Source: an uncultured Alphaproteobacteria bacterium (lineage in GTDB: Bacteria; Pseudomonadota; Alphaproteobacteria; UBA9655). Taken from it: a DNA stretch of 64,000 nucleotides. Of the stretch, positions 29,102 through 40,466 are shown in pieces (the first letter of the stretch is position 1; each line of letters starts with the position of its first letter). Where the stretch lies: contig CAYYRQ010000006.1 of assembly GCA_964474215.1 (NCBI GenBank), positions 15,348 to 79,347 of the forward strand, given 5' to 3'. The position numbers and the translations under genes were made by a program. The notes under the pieces are model-generated. The model was not told the origin of the DNA. It ran no database searches and saw only the letters and a program-made list of their open reading frames with translations.

Positions 29102-30370
29102 TTATTTTTCTCTGGGGTAAGCTTCCCGTATAAAGAAAGATGAAACAACAGCCAAACAAAGGCATATTGTAATCACAGATAAGGCAATTTTATAGGTTTC
29201 AGGCGAATATATAGGTGTGCCAAGTTCAGAGGGGCCTTCTGAAAACATATCCAAAATCCATCCTATTAAAGGCTGAAAAAAAATTCCGCTAGAGAGGCAC
29301 GCCATATTTTGGCAGCCAGTTGCCATTCCACTTATGGAAAGTGGGTTAATTTCGGTTACCACAGCATACGCCATAAACTGACCTCCAGTAAAAATGCCGG
29401 CGATAAACAGTAAGCCAGTCATAAGGGGTACCGAAAAGGTTGGGCCAAATATAACAATATAAAAAAGAGCTAAAGCTCCTGCTGAGCCAATAACTAAAGC
29501 TGGCTTGAACCGTTTAATCCGATCAGAAAGTAGGCCAAATAGGGGCGTCCCAACGCCTATGCCTAAATAAAAGAATGAAGATCCGAGAGAGGCTGATTGC
29601 TTGTCTAAATGATGAACGCTTGACATAAAGGGGACGCCCCACATATCGGCAAAGCCTGTTAATGGCACGTACATCATTGTTCCATAAAAAGCCACAAGCC
29701 ATGTTTGACGCTTTTGTAAAATGACTTTGAACCCCTCAAGAATGGAGAGCTTTTCAATACCGCCCGCATGATGTTGTAAAATATATTTTGAGAGTTTGTC
29801 AGGGGGATTTGCTTTAACATTCCTAATAATGATGAATAATGTGAACAAGCCAAGAGCTGCTGTTATCCAGAGCGTTTGCCGCCACCCTAATGAATCTACA
29901 AGAAAGGAGAGGGGAAAGGCCCCAGCCATAGCCCCAAACGTTCCCATAAAGAGTGTAAGGCCAACGATAAGTGAGATTTTTTCAGCAGGGAACCATAGTG
30001 CGCCCACTTTCATGCAACTCAAAAACCCAAAGGCTGACCCCAGACCAATTAGAAAACGGCTTGCTGATGCTACGAGAACATTTTCTGCTGTAGCAAAGAT
30101 GACCGCACCAACGATACACAATATTGTTGCAGAAATAAGTAAGCGTCGTGGGCCAAATTTATCTAACAACGTCCCAACAGGAATCTGCATACTGCTGTAT
30201 GCATATAGATAGAGTGACGTTAAAATGCCTAATGAACATGCATCAACCCTGAAATCCATCATCAGCTCTTCTGCCATGACTGAGGGCGAAACACGAAGGA
30301 CGAATTGGTAGCAAAAAAATAAGGCTGCTGAAACCCATACAACCCAACTTTTTCTTAAGGAAGGTGTCAT
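29102..30370 (-). CDS. MFS transporter, paralog of the neighbouring gene
   Basis: Collinear similarity to 27707..29017 (SWxxWxxAALFxCYQFxLRxSPxVM, GTLLDKFGPRR). ATG 30370 with AGGA RBS is preferred over track start 30457. Confidence 0.85.
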   Translation of the reverse strand: MTPSLRKSWVVWVSAALFFCYQFVLRVSPSVMAEELMMDFRVDACSLGILTSLYLYAYSSMQIPVGTLLDKFGPRRLLISATILCIVGAVIFATAENVLVASASRFLIGLGSAFGFLSCMKVGALWFPAEKISLIVGLTLFMGTFGAMAGAFPLSFLVDSLGWRQTLWITAALGLFTLFIIIRNVKANPPDKLSKYILQHHAGGIEKLSILEGFKVILQKRQTWLVAFYGTMMYVPLTGFADMWGVPFMSSVHHLDKQSASLGSSFFYLGIGVGTPLFGLLSDRIKRFKPALVIGSAGALALFYIVIFGPTFSVPLMTGLLFIAGIFTGGQFMAYAVVTEINPLSISGMATGCQNMACLSSGIFFQPLIGWILDMFSEGPSELGTPIYSPETYKIALSVITICLCLAVVSSFFIREAYPREK

Positions 30371-30449
30371 AATTTTCCTTTCGATTGAACGTGACACCTT
30401 AAAAGAATTGTCTGAAAATGTAAAGTCTGCCTTAAAAAATAGGCTCTGA

Positions 30450-30464
30450 TTAAGCATATATTAA
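30450..30464. promoter_or_regulatory. TTAA-N7-TTAA box TTAAGCATATATTAA in the MFS / 130-aa ORF divergent region
   Basis: Read from the sequence, 42 nt upstream of ATG 30506. Confidence 0.3.
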
Positions 30465-30505
30465 GAATAGTTTCATATAATGGAAAGTACAAATTTGAGG
30501 TGCTT

Positions 30506-30898
30506 ATGAACCGGCATATATTATTAAGTGTAATCACGATATGTACGCTATCTGAATGTCGTGATAATGCCTTAAATGCAGAGGTAATTCCTGCTTCAGC
30601 AAAGTCTCTTCATCTCAAAATGAATCTACAAAATTATGGCGTTATAAGCTGGGGGTTAGTATCAAATGCTAACCAATCAAACTCAATTACACCTATGTAT
30701 CAGATTAGTTTTGTTCCTGAGAGTGGATTTAATAGTTTAAGGAGTTTGTTCGCTTCACAAGTTGGAGTCAAACCTCATCGAATTCATATTCTGGCTGCCA
30801 GCGGTTCTTACATCCAAAATGAGGCTGACCTTCAAAAATATGTGGAATGGTGTGTGCAGCAAAAAACACCGTTGAGGTTTGTGGTAAAAGTCATTTAA
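30506..30898 (+). CDS. Hypothetical exported protein, 130 aa
   Basis: Hydrophobic N-terminus MNRHILLSVITICTLSEC. No recognised domain. Confidence 0.5.
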   Translation: MNRHILLSVITICTLSECRDNALNAEVIPASAKSLHLKMNLQNYGVISWGLVSNANQSNSITPMYQISFVPESGFNSLRSLFASQVGVKPHRIHILAASGSYIQNEADLQKYVEWCVQQKTPLRFVVKVI

Positions 30899-30992
30899 AG
30901 GGGGCTCGCCCTGTAAATGCAAGCTATACATAAAGCTGGGGAACTTCTTGCGCAAACACGCTTAATTCTATATATACAAAAAAGTGATGATT

Positions 30993-31066
30993 GCGGGTGT
31001 AGCTCAATGGTAGAGCAGTAGCTTCCCAAGCTTCAGACGAGGGTTCGATTCCCTTCACCCGCTCCA
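30993..31066 (+). tRNA. tRNA-Gly (anticodon CCC)
   Basis: Cloverleaf GCGGGTG/CACCCGC acceptor, GCTC..GAGC D arm, anticodon loop TTCCCAA, GGTTCGATTCC T loop, encoded CCA. Closely resembles E. coli tRNA-Gly-CCC. Confidence 0.93.
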
Positions 31067-31090
31067 ATTCAAACCTTTCAGCGTGATCAA

Positions 31091-31543
31091 TTATTTATTC
31101 TTCAATTCATATGTGCCAATGAGGACGGCTTCACCCAAAATTTGGTGACGCATAGCATCCTTTAGATCATCTTTTGTCGCATCTTCCTTGAGCTGCAGGA
31201 CAGTTTTCAATGCATAAACCGTAAAGTAATATCTGTGCATACCGCTTGGGGGATTAGGTCCACCATAGGCAAAGTTTCCCCAGCTATTTTTTAAACAAAA
31301 AGTTCCGCTCGGGAGTTGCTTTACACCTGGAGCCAATACACAAGCATGCCTTGGAATATTGTATAGCAACCAATGATCCCAAGTCTTGTTGGGGGCATCG
31401 GGGTCATCACAAATTAAAGCAAATGTTTTTGTCTCTTGAGGAAAATCTTGCCAACGTAAGGGAGGGGAAATATCCTCCCCTTCAGCTGTATAGATAGATG
31501 GAATTTCGTCGAAATTGCCAAATGCTGTGCTTAGAAGTAACAT
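31091..31543 (-). CDS. YbhB/YbcL-family (PEBP / Raf kinase inhibitor-like) protein
   Basis: CDDPDAPNKTWDHWLLYNIP and GPNPPSGMHRYYFTVYAL motifs. ATG 31543 preceded by GGAGG. Confidence 0.85.
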   Translation of the reverse strand: MLLLSTAFGNFDEIPSIYTAEGEDISPPLRWQDFPQETKTFALICDDPDAPNKTWDHWLLYNIPRHACVLAPGVKQLPSGTFCLKNSWGNFAYGGPNPPSGMHRYYFTVYALKTVLQLKEDATKDDLKDAMRHQILGEAVLIGTYELKNK

Positions 31544-31673
31544 TTTGCCTCCATTAATTTCTAATAGCATATCATAACTTTAAAAATATGAAAAACGTGA
31601 TATTAAAAAAAAAACAATTTTCCTTTAAGTCTTTTCCTATATGAGTTATCTTACACAGAATGCTAGATAAAAT

Positions 31674-34109
31674 TTGCAAGAGGGTACCTTGACTCAAAAA
31701 ACCGGAAAGCCAAATACTTTTACATACCCGGTGTTATCACTTCGTGATGTGATTGTGTTTCCACATATGGTTATTCCCTTATTTGTGGGGCGTGAAAAGT
31801 CCATACAGGCTTTAGAAAAAGTTGTTCAAGGAAACCAAGAAGTTGTTTTGCTGAGCCAACGCGATCCTTCCATTGATAATCCAGGTCATAAAGACCTATA
31901 TTCAATTGGCACAATTGCCAAGGTATTGCAGTTACTCCGTCTTCCAGATGGCACTGTAAAAGTATTACTAGAAGGTGAAAAACGAATCAAAGTTTCAAAA
32001 TGGTTGAAAAATGAATCCTTTTTTGAGGCTGAAGTTGAAATTTATGAAGAAAAACTTGGGTCATCTCAAGAAACAAAAGCCCTTGTGCGAACATTGATAA
32101 CCCAATTTGATCAATACTCTAAACTTCAAAAGAAAATTCCAAGCGATTTGATTTCTTCAATAAACGAAATTCAAGATCCGTCAAAACTTTCAGATATTAT
32201 TGCTGCGCACCTTTCATTCAAACTGGAGGAAAAGCAAAACATTTTAGAAATCAGCAGCGTTTCCGTTCGCCTTGAAAAAGTGATTAACTTTATTGAGGGT
32301 GAAATTGGCGTTATGCAAGCTGAAAAAAGGATTCGCAGTCGTGTAAAACGACAAATGGAAAAAACCCAACGCGAATATTATTTGAATGAGCAACTCAAAG
32401 CTATTCAAAAAGAACTTGGAGAGCATGAAGAGGGTAAAGATGAGCTCACTGAGCTTGAAGATAGGATTCGAGAAGCGAAACTGTCAAAAGAAGCTCGTGA
32501 AAAAGCAACATCTGAACTAAAAAAGCTCAAGCAGATGAGTCCAATGTCTGCTGAAGCTACTGTCATAAGAAACTATTTAGACTGGATTTTGGAAATTCCA
32601 TGGGAAGAACAAACCCATGTGAAGAAAAATCTTAAAAAAGCACAACAAATACTCGACGAAGATCATTTTGGCCTTGAAAAGGTAAAAGAAAGGATCGTCG
32701 AATACCTTGCTGTTCAAAACCGTGTTGGCAAAATTCATGGCCCAATTCTATGTTTAGTTGGACCGCCCGGCGTTGGTAAAACATCTTTAGGAAAGTCGGT
32801 TGCTCGAGCTACGGGAAGAAACTTTGTTCGCATGTCATTAGGTGGCGTCAGGGACGAAGCTGAGATCCGGGGACATCGTCGAACGTATATTGGCTCAATG
32901 CCTGGCAAAATTTTGCAAGGTATGAAAAAAGCGAAATCGGTGAATCCTTTGTTTTTGCTTGATGAAATTGATAAGCTTGGTGCGGATTGGCGGGGCGACC
33001 CTTCGTCTGCTTTATTAGAAGTGTTAGACCCAGAACAGAATAATACGTTCAATGATCACTATCTTGAAATGGATTATGACCTTTCAAATGTATTGTTTAT
33101 AACTACTGCCAACACACTGAATTTACCCCAGCCCCTTTTGGATCGGATGGAGGTTATACGAATTTCTGGATACACAGAAAGTGAGAAGGTGCAGATCGCT
33201 ATACGCCACCTCATCCCCAAACAAATGCGTTCCCATGGGCTGAAGAAGACTGAGTTTTCTATTACAGATGCCGCAATTCGAGATGTCATTCGCACGTACA
33301 CTCAAGAAGCAGGTGTTCGAAATCTTGAAAGGGAAATTGCAAATCTTTGCCGAAAGGCGGTCAGGTATTTAGCAACTCCCAAAAATAAATCGCTTAAAAT
33401 TACAACCAAGAATTTAAGTAAGTTTGCGGGTATACCTCGGTACCGTTTTGGCATTGCGTTCCTTGAAGACACTGTTGGGGTTACAACTGGATTAGCATGG
33501 ACAGAGGTGGGGGGAGAGCTACTCTCGATCGAAGCTGTGATGCTACCTGGAAAAGGAAAAATGCAAATCACTGGTAAACTCGGAGAAGTGATGCAGGAAT
33601 CCGTCCAAGCAGCAGCAAGTTACGTCAAGTCTAAAGCTCCTAAGTTTGGCATCCAACCCCCTCTTTTCGATAAACGAGACATACATATTCACGTCCCTGA
33701 AGGAGCAACCCCTAAAGATGGTCCATCGGCAGGTATTGCAATGTGTACATCTATTGTTTCTGTTCTAACGGGCATACCTGTACGCAAAGATGTCGCTATG
33801 ACGGGTGAAATTACCCTCCGTGGCCGAGTCCTTCCTATAGGAGGGTTAAAGGAAAAGCTTTTAGCTGCTCATCGTGGAGGGATCAAAACGGTCATTATCC
33901 CTAAAGATAACCAAAAGGATCTCAGTGAAGTGCCAGCAGTCATTAAAAAGGGACTTAAAATTATACCTGTTTCCAAAGTTGAAGAGGTCTTAAATATAGC
34001 TTTGAAAGAACGGGTAAAACCTATAAAATGGGATGAGGAAATGACCAAGATTTCACCCCATGCAGAGTCAGTAGAATCGACACCCGAAGATAAAATAACA
34101 ACACATTAG
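31674..34109 (+). CDS. lon: ATP-dependent Lon protease
   Basis: 811 aa. LON N-domain ([21 protein letters not shown]), Walker [10 protein letters not shown], protease site [11 protein letters not shown] start is uncertain. Confidence 0.96.
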   Translation: MQEGTLTQKTGKPNTFTYPVLSLRDVIVFPHMVIPLFVGREKSIQALEKVVQGNQEVVLLSQRDPSIDNPGHKDLYSIGTIAKVLQLLRLPDGTVKVLLEGEKRIKVSKWLKNESFFEAEVEIYEEKLGSSQETKALVRTLITQFDQYSKLQKKIPSDLISSINEIQDPSKLSDIIAAHLSFKLEEKQNILEISSVSVRLEKVINFIEGEIGVMQAEKRIRSRVKRQMEKTQREYYLNEQLKAIQKELGEHEEGKDELTELEDRIREAKLSKEAREKATSELKKLKQMSPMSAEATVIRNYLDWILEIPWEEQTHVKKNLKKAQQILDEDHFGLEKVKERIVEYLAVQNRVGKIHGPILCLVGPPGVGKTSLGKSVARATGRNFVRMSLGGVRDEAEIRGHRRTYIGSMPGKILQGMKKAKSVNPLFLLDEIDKLGADWRGDPSSALLEVLDPEQNNTFNDHYLEMDYDLSNVLFITTANTLNLPQPLLDRMEVIRISGYTESEKVQIAIRHLIPKQMRSHGLKKTEFSITDAAIRDVIRTYTQEAGVRNLEREIANLCRKAVRYLATPKNKSLKITTKNLSKFAGIPRYRFGIAFLEDTVGVTTGLAWTEVGGELLSIEAVMLPGKGKMQITGKLGEVMQESVQAAASYVKSKAPKFGIQPPLFDKRDIHIHVPEGATPKDGPSAGIAMCTSIVSVLTGIPVRKDVAMTGEITLRGRVLPIGGLKEKLLAAHRGGIKTVIIPKDNQKDLSEVPAVIKKGLKIIPVSKVEEVLNIALKERVKPIKWDEEMTKISPHAESVESTPEDKITTH

Positions 34110-34264
34110 TCTAACGCACTGATATCAAATAATAATATTTTTGATGTCCTTGTTTTTAAGGCATTGACTGGGTTTTCTGTTTAATGTACGATTTATTCAG
34201 TTGTTCTGGATAGTCCAGGGCATTAAATGTAAATATCGTTTTCAATAACTAAGGGGTAAATACC

Positions 34265-34540
34265 GTGAACAAAAACGATCTCGTAGCGTCAGTCGCTCAA
34301 ATTTCAGGACTTACAAAAGCAGATGCATCAAGAGCAGTTGATGGCGTCATTGAAGCAATTACAAAGTCATTAAAGTCAAACAAAGACGTTCGCCTTGTAG
34401 GATTTGGTACATTTACAGTATCACATCGTGCTGCTGGTGTTGGCCGTAACCCACGTACAGGTGAAAAGATCAATATTAAAGCTACAAAACTTCCTAAATT
34501 CCGCGCAGGAAAAGGATTAAAAGAAGCTATCGCAAAGTAA
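34265..34540 (+). CDS. hupB: HU-family DNA-binding protein
   Basis: 91 aa: MNKNDLV...GFGTF...RNPRTGE...KFRAGK. GTG start. lon-hup synteny. Confidence 0.92.
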   Translation: MNKNDLVASVAQISGLTKADASRAVDGVIEAITKSLKSNKDVRLVGFGTFTVSHRAAGVGRNPRTGEKINIKATKLPKFRAGKGLKEAIAK

Positions 34541-34560
34541 GCTTTTTTGAAAACTTACAA

Positions 34561-34590
34561 AAGGCTCACCCATAAGGTGAGCCTTTTTTT
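34561..34590 (+). terminator. Rho-independent terminator after hupB
   Basis: AAGGCTCACC-cataa-GGTGAGCCTT followed by TTTTT. Confidence 0.85.
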
Positions 34591-34640
34591 ATGTTCGCCA
34601 TAAATTGATACATATTAAAAGAATTGCACCGTCAGACAGT

Positions 34641-35012
34641 TTATTTTTTTGCTTCAGACGTCGTCTTTGGTATTAGTTTTATTTCGCTGCCTGACAAGTC
34701 AACTGTAAATGTTTTTCCTGCATTATCGATGACTTCAAGCTTTGCATAACTATCTACCAATTTTTTTGGATCTAACTTTGTACTTTCTTTCAATTTATCA
34801 CCGAGTCCAATAAATTTTTCAACATTCACTCCCGTTATCTTAAGTCCTCTTAATTCACGGATTTTGCTGTCTACAATTACGATTGTCTCCACATCAACTG
34901 GTTTGTTTGTTTCCGTGTCCATTAATTTAACACTGTTAGATGGTGTTGCCGTTAGAACTCCGCCCGTGATTAGCAAGGCGAAAGCAGTTCTTTTTAAAAA
35001 TACATACTTCAT
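34641..35012 (-). CDS. Hypothetical secreted protein, 123 aa
   Basis: Signal peptide MKYVFLKRTAFALLITGGVLTA. No recognised domain. Confidence 0.5.
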   Translation of the reverse strand: MKYVFLKRTAFALLITGGVLTATPSNSVKLMDTETNKPVDVETIVIVDSKIRELRGLKITGVNVEKFIGLGDKLKESTKLDPKKLVDSYAKLEVIDNAGKTFTVDLSGSEIKLIPKTTSEAKK

Positions 35013-35111
35013 TATAATACTTCTCCACTTTAATAAAATATATAAGTACATCGTAATTAATGCACATATTTATATCTTAGCAACAGAACATTAATTATTC
35101 ATGAATGATTA

Positions 35112-36431
35112 TTAAAAAGGAATGATTATTTCGGCTTTCAACCCACCATGATCCTCTGATTCACCCAGAATCAAGTCTCCACCATGGTGATGGATGATAT
35201 CACGAGCAATGGTAAGCCCAAGACCAACACCTCCTGTACTCATATTTCGAGAAGCTTCTAAACGGTAAAATGGTTTAAAGACATCCTCTATTTTCTCTGG
35301 AGGTATGCCAGGGCCATTATCTTCTACAGTGATGATAAGCTGTTCATCTTCTTCTTTGGCTGAAACCCAAACCTCACTCCCATATCGGCAAGCATTATTA
35401 ATTAAATTTGTGATACACCTTTTTAAGGCCTGAGGTTTAATCCAAAGTGAACGTAATTTCTTCGAATCGTAATGGACGAGTTGATCAATTTGTGCTCTTC
35501 CTTCGATTGAATTTTCCATGAATTCGTTCATATCTGTTTCAACAGCTTCTTCGTGCCCTTCACCTTTCGCAAATGTTAAATATCCCTCAAGCATATTGCC
35601 CATTTCTTCGACGTCTTTTTGAAGCCCTTCAACTTCAGAAGAGGGTGGCATCATTGTAAGCTGAAGACGCATACGTGTCAGGGGTGTTCGTAAGTCATGA
35701 GATACACCAGCAAGCATTTCCGTTCGTTGAGTGAGTTGCCTCTGAAGTCGATCCCTCATGCGTATGAAGGCTTGAGCCACTTTCCGTATTTCAGTGGCTC
35801 CTTCGGGTTTTAAATCTGCAAAGGCGCGCCCTCTTCCAAACCGATCAGCCGCAATAGCTAACCGACGCAATGGTTTAATTTGATTGTTAAGAAAGATAAT
35901 GGAGATGAGCAAAAATATGGCTGTCGTACCCGTTACCCACATAATAAAGAGAAAAAAGCTTTTACTATATACCCGTTTCTTGGGCGTTGTAAATCTGAGA
36001 ACGCCACCATCTGCTGCTACATCAATGATAATTTCTTTGGGCGTGATGCGGAATGTGTAAGGTGTAAATATTTGCTTTTTTAAAGCCAGGCCCATAAAAC
36101 TATACCGCCACTCTTGGGGGACAGATGTTTGGATAGCCTCTTCGGGAAGAAAATCAGCTCTCAAGCGTAAATGCCTTCCGGCCAATAATTTATAGAAGGC
36201 TTCTTCCTTAGGGTTTTTGTTATAAAGGTCAAGAACCGTCGCCACCTCTCCTGCAACGTCGTTTGACAAAGACTTGGTTACTGTATCCCAATGGTTATCA
36301 AGGAAAAAGTAAGCTGAAAATGTCTCAATAAAAAATAAGGGGGCAACAAGGATAAGCAACGCTCGTCCAAACATACTTTTGGGAAGCCATACTTTTAGAG
36401 CCTTAAATGGGTGTCTTAAGAATTTTCTCAT
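35112..36431 (-). CDS. Sensor histidine kinase, EnvZ-like (2 TM, HAMP, HisKA, HATPase)
   Basis: H box SHDLRTPLTR, N box NLINNACRY, G boxes DNGPGI and GGVGLGLTIARDI. Overlaps the upstream regulator by 4 nt. Confidence 0.88.
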   Translation of the reverse strand: MRKFLRHPFKALKVWLPKSMFGRALLILVAPLFFIETFSAYFFLDNHWDTVTKSLSNDVAGEVATVLDLYNKNPKEEAFYKLLAGRHLRLRADFLPEEAIQTSVPQEWRYSFMGLALKKQIFTPYTFRITPKEIIIDVAADGGVLRFTTPKKRVYSKSFFLFIMWVTGTTAIFLLISIIFLNNQIKPLRRLAIAADRFGRGRAFADLKPEGATEIRKVAQAFIRMRDRLQRQLTQRTEMLAGVSHDLRTPLTRMRLQLTMMPPSSEVEGLQKDVEEMGNMLEGYLTFAKGEGHEEAVETDMNEFMENSIEGRAQIDQLVHYDSKKLRSLWIKPQALKRCITNLINNACRYGSEVWVSAKEEDEQLIITVEDNGPGIPPEKIEDVFKPFYRLEASRNMSTGGVGLGLTIARDIIHHHGGDLILGESEDHGGLKAEIIIPF

Positions 36432-37123
36432 GGATCCGGTATCAATATGTAGCCTTTTCCTCTAACAGTTTGAAGATAACGAGGAATTTTAGGGTCAAAT
36501 TCAATCTTTTTTCTTAAACGTGTGATTTGCACGTCGATCGTGCGCGGGTTTAGTTCTCCTTCATATTCAATCGTCAGATCATCTCTTGAAAGGGCTTTTC
36601 CTCGGTGTCGGGCAAAGATCTTTAAAAGATTACTTTCAACAGTTGTGAGAGATATTGGATTCCCAGCTCTCTCTAAGCGATTTAGTTTCAAATCGTAGCT
36701 CACATCACCAAGAGATAATAATGAGACATTCTGATCTATGGTGCTTCTACGAAGTATAGCTTTTAATCTGAGAAGAAGTTCCCGAGGATCAAATGGTTTA
36801 GATAAATAATCATCAGCACCATGACTTAGTCCCGTAATCCTATCTTCTGTTTCATTCATAGCGGTTAAGAATAAAATAGGAACATCCTTTATTCGAGCGA
36901 TCCCCTTACGTATAGACTCCGCCAAAGAAAAACCGTTTTCTTCAGGCATCATGACGTCTAGGATTAATAAATCAAAAGTAAAGTGCTCCATAAGTTGGCG
37001 TGCGTGAGAACTATCATGAGCTGTTGATACAAAAAAGCCACTTTCAACAAGGAACTTACGCAATAGGTCGCGCAGACGTTCATCATCATCAACGAGCAAT
37101 ATATGTGGTTTTTCCATTGTCAT
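36428..37123 (-). CDS. OmpR-family response regulator
   Basis: ILLVDDD...LLILDVMMP receiver and a winged-helix C-terminus ...LQTVRGKGYIL. Closest in pattern to OmpR itself. Confidence 0.9.
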   Translation of the reverse strand: MTMEKPHILLVDDDERLRDLLRKFLVESGFFVSTAHDSSHARQLMEHFTFDLLILDVMMPEENGFSLAESIRKGIARIKDVPILFLTAMNETEDRITGLSHGADDYLSKPFDPRELLLRLKAILRRSTIDQNVSLLSLGDVSYDLKLNRLERAGNPISLTTVESNLLKIFARHRGKALSRDDLTIEYEGELNPRTIDVQITRLRKKIEFDPKIPRYLQTVRGKGYILIPDP

Positions 37124-37179
37124 GTGAATAATTTATACATATGTTATCAACAAAGCAAAGAAATTATAAAGGACCAAAA

Positions 37180-38577
37180 ATGTCAGAGTATGATGTCGTT
37201 ATTGTTGGAGGAGGCCCAGGAGGCTATGTTGCCGCTATCCGTGCCAGTCAACTTGGGTTTAAAACAGCCGTTATTGAAAAAGAACATATGGGGGGCATTT
37301 GTTTAAATTGGGGATGTATCCCGACCAAAGCTCTACTGCGAACATCTGAAATTAATCACCTGCTTCATTCATTAGATGCCTATGGTTTTAAAGCAGAGAA
37401 TATTTCTTTTGATTTTAAAAAGATTGTTGAGCGCTCTCGAAATGTTGCCAATCAATTGGCGACTGGTGTGCGTCACTTGATGAAAAAAAATAAAGTTACC
37501 GTGATAGAGGGAACAGCCAAAATCAAGGGCAAGAAGGGTCCTCAAGTTGAACTCACCGTCAATGATAAAGACGTCGTTAAAGGGAACCATATCATATTAG
37601 CCACTGGCGCTCGGGCACGGCAGCTTCCAGGACTTGAAGCAGATGGTAAACTCATATGGACATATAAAGAAGCGATGACACCTGACAAATTGCCAAAGTC
37701 ATTACTCGTTGTGGGGTCCGGCGCCATTGGTATTGAATTTGCTAGCTTTTACAAGCTTATGGGAGCTGATGTATCCGTAGTTGAGGTTCAAGATCAGATT
37801 TTGCCAGTAGAAGACAAAGAAATTTCTGCGTTAGCTCGGAAGTCATTCGAGAAACAAGGTATAAAAATTCAAACGGCTGCCACTGTTAAAAGCTTGAAAA
37901 AAGGAAAAGATTCAGTAACGGCCACCATTGATGAACAAGGCAAGTCGAAGGATATTACTGTTGATCGCGTCATTCTTGCCGTTGGGATCGTTGGAAATAC
38001 GGAAAACCTTGGACTTGAAAATACTAAAGTCAAAGTAGACAAGGGACATATTGTCACAAATGAATGGTGTGCGACCAATGAACCTGGAATATATGCCATC
38101 GGTGATGTTGCAGGCGCTCCTTGGTTAGCCCATAAGGCCAGCCATGAAGGCGTTCTTTGTGTTGAAAAAATCAAAGGACTCAAAACAGCTCACCCCATGA
38201 AAAAGACGAATATTCCCGGTTGTACCTATAGCTACCCTCAAATTGCTAGTGTTGGACTTACTGAAGAAGCTGCTACGGCATCCGGTAAATACACAATAAA
38301 GGTTGGTCGTTTCCCTTTTATTGCTAATGGAAAAGCTATAGCCATGGGTGAGCCGGATGGTCTGATTAAAACTATTTTTGATGAAAAGACCGGGGAACTC
38401 CTTGGTGCCCATATGATCGGTCCAGAAGTAACGGAAATGATTCAAGGATTTTGTTTGGCTAAAACATTAGAAGCCACCGAGCAAGAAATTATGGATACTA
38501 TATTTCCGCACCCCACACTTTCAGAAGGAATGCACGAATCTGTCCTTGATGCATTTGACAAAGTCATTCATTTTTAG
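37180..38577 (+). CDS. lpdA: Dihydrolipoyl dehydrogenase (E3)
   Basis: GGGPGGYVAAIRA FAD motif, redox disulfide GGICLNWGCIPTK, C-terminal HPTLSE. ATG 37180 is preferred over 37141. Confidence 0.94.
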   Translation: MSEYDVVIVGGGPGGYVAAIRASQLGFKTAVIEKEHMGGICLNWGCIPTKALLRTSEINHLLHSLDAYGFKAENISFDFKKIVERSRNVANQLATGVRHLMKKNKVTVIEGTAKIKGKKGPQVELTVNDKDVVKGNHIILATGARARQLPGLEADGKLIWTYKEAMTPDKLPKSLLVVGSGAIGIEFASFYKLMGADVSVVEVQDQILPVEDKEISALARKSFEKQGIKIQTAATVKSLKKGKDSVTATIDEQGKSKDITVDRVILAVGIVGNTENLGLENTKVKVDKGHIVTNEWCATNEPGIYAIGDVAGAPWLAHKASHEGVLCVEKIKGLKTAHPMKKTNIPGCTYSYPQIASVGLTEEAATASGKYTIKVGRFPFIANGKAIAMGEPDGLIKTIFDEKTGELLGAHMIGPEVTEMIQGFCLAKTLEATEQEIMDTIFPHPTLSEGMHESVLDAFDKVIHF

Positions 38578-38834
38578 AGCCTATTCTATAAGTTACGGCT
38601 CCTCTTGAAGTGTTTAACTATAGAATTCATGTAATACTTATAAGCATTCTATATTTAGGTTTGTCGTTGTGTGCATTGTGAATGGACTTCTTGTATTAAC
38701 GATGACTGCATTTGTTTTTGGCTTTTCACTCGTAACTCAGCCACTTATCGTTGGATTCTGAGGCTCACAAAGGAACACTTGCTGAAGCTTAAGTGGCAGT
38801 GTATCCTTTAGGAGATAGTCATTAGGGGACCCAT

Positions 38835-39113
38835 ATGATATTTATCGATGAAGAGCATTTACTCACCGAAGAAGAAGTAAACGCCTTTTATAATCATTTA
38901 AAAAACTATAATTTTCAGCCCGATCAGTTTCGACTAGAGGTAACCGAAGATCAAGATAACCTTGATATGGATGACCTTAATTATGTCATTATTATATACG
39001 CAAAAGTAACGCATATCGCTACTAACAAGACCAAAACTTATAGAAGCCGCTCTAAGACAGGAATTTGGCTTGCTGAATTCAAAACAGATTTAAAAAACAA
39101 TTACTTCTTATAA
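38835..39113 (+). CDS. Hypothetical protein, 92 aa
   Basis: ORF with GGAG-like sequence upstream. No recognised domain. Confidence 0.4.
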   Translation: MIFIDEEHLLTEEEVNAFYNHLKNYNFQPDQFRLEVTEDQDNLDMDDLNYVIIIYAKVTHIATNKTKTYRSRSKTGIWLAEFKTDLKNNYFL

Positions 39114-39123
39114 TTTCATAAGC

Positions 39124-40389
39124 TTATTTCAACGTTGGATAGATTGGAAATCTTTGGCAGAGCTCTTCAACCTTTCCGCGAATTTCATCTGAAATAGATG
39201 ATTTTCTCTCAAGCACATCAGCGATCCAGTTTCCAATATCTTGGAATTCCTTGACGCCAAACCCACGTGTCGTCCCCGCTGGTGTACCAAGACGAATGCC
39301 TGAGGTTTGCGTAGGAGGCAAGGGATCAAAAGGAATGCCATTTTTATTACATGTCAAACCGGCTTGCTCAAGTATGTCCTCAGCTTCAGCCCCAGTTATT
39401 CCATATGATCTGAGGTCAACAAGCAACAAATGACAATCCGTGCCACCCGTTATGATGTTTAACCCTCTGTCAGCTAGGGTTTGTGACAGGGTTTTTGCAT
39501 TACCAACGACGTTTTCAATGTATGTCTTATATTCAGGTTTTAAGGCCTCACCAAAGGCAACAGCTTTTCCAGCAATCGCATGCATGAGTGGACCACCCTG
39601 GAGGCCAGGGAAAATTGCACTGTTTAGTTTTTTACCCAAATCAGGATCATCACAAAGAATCATTCCGCCGCGAGAGCCACGCAGTGTTTTATGGGTTGTC
39701 GTTGTAACAACATGGGCATGAGGAAAAGGGGAGGGGAAAACCCCTGCAGCAACGAGGCCAGCAAAGTGGGCCATATCTACCATTAAAAGGGCTCCAACCT
39801 CATCTGCTATCTCTCTAAACCGTTTAAAATCAATTGTTCTAGGATATGCTGATCCACCTGCAATGATCAATTTAGGTTTATGTTCTTTGGCTTGTTTGTA
39901 AACATCATCGTAATCAATTAAATGTGTCTCGGGATGCACGCCGTAGCTGGCGACATTAAACCACTTCCCAGAAAAGTTAACTTTTGATCCATGAGTTAGA
40001 TGCCCCCCCGCATTTAAGGACATACCTAAGAAAGTATCTCCGGGTTTAATACAAGTAAAAAAAACGGCTTGGTTAGCTTGAGATCCTGAGTGAGGCTGAA
40101 CATTTGCATAGCGACAGTTAAATAGTGCGCAGGCTCGTTCTATCGCAAGATTTTCAACAATATCGACCCATTCACAACCCCCATAGTATCGTTTCCCAGG
40201 ATAACCTTCTGCATATTTGTTGGTAAGAACAGACCCTTGAGCTTTCAAAACATTTTCAGAAACAATATTTTCAGATGCAATCAATTCAATTTGATTTTGT
40301 TGACGATGAAGCTCTCCCTCAATTGCTCGAAATATTTCATTATCTGCCTCTTCAAATGATGTGAGCCTTTTTGATGGGTCATTAACCAT
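39124..40389 (-). CDS. glyA: Serine hydroxymethyltransferase
   Basis: [24 protein letters not shown]-lysine motif. ATG 40389 is preferred over 40437. Confidence 0.96.
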   Translation of the reverse strand: MVNDPSKRLTSFEEADNEIFRAIEGELHRQQNQIELIASENIVSENVLKAQGSVLTNKYAEGYPGKRYYGGCEWVDIVENLAIERACALFNCRYANVQPHSGSQANQAVFFTCIKPGDTFLGMSLNAGGHLTHGSKVNFSGKWFNVASYGVHPETHLIDYDDVYKQAKEHKPKLIIAGGSAYPRTIDFKRFREIADEVGALLMVDMAHFAGLVAAGVFPSPFPHAHVVTTTTHKTLRGSRGGMILCDDPDLGKKLNSAIFPGLQGGPLMHAIAGKAVAFGEALKPEYKTYIENVVGNAKTLSQTLADRGLNIITGGTDCHLLLVDLRSYGITGAEAEDILEQAGLTCNKNGIPFDPLPPTQTSGIRLGTPAGTTRGFGVKEFQDIGNWIADVLERKSSISDEIRGKVEELCQRFPIYPTLK

Positions 40390-40466
40390 TCGTAAAGTCC
40401 TTCCTTGTAAAATGTATAGAGAGCCAGATGCTAACAAATTTTAGGTTAACAATCCAGGAAGATTTC

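Noticed and set aside
38669-38761. 30-codon hydrophobic mini-ORF (VCIVNGLLVLTMTAFVFGFSLVTQPLIVGF) downstream of lpdA
   Set aside because: It is short, has no clear RBS, and its conservation is unknown. It could be a small membrane peptide but cannot be supported from sequence alone.
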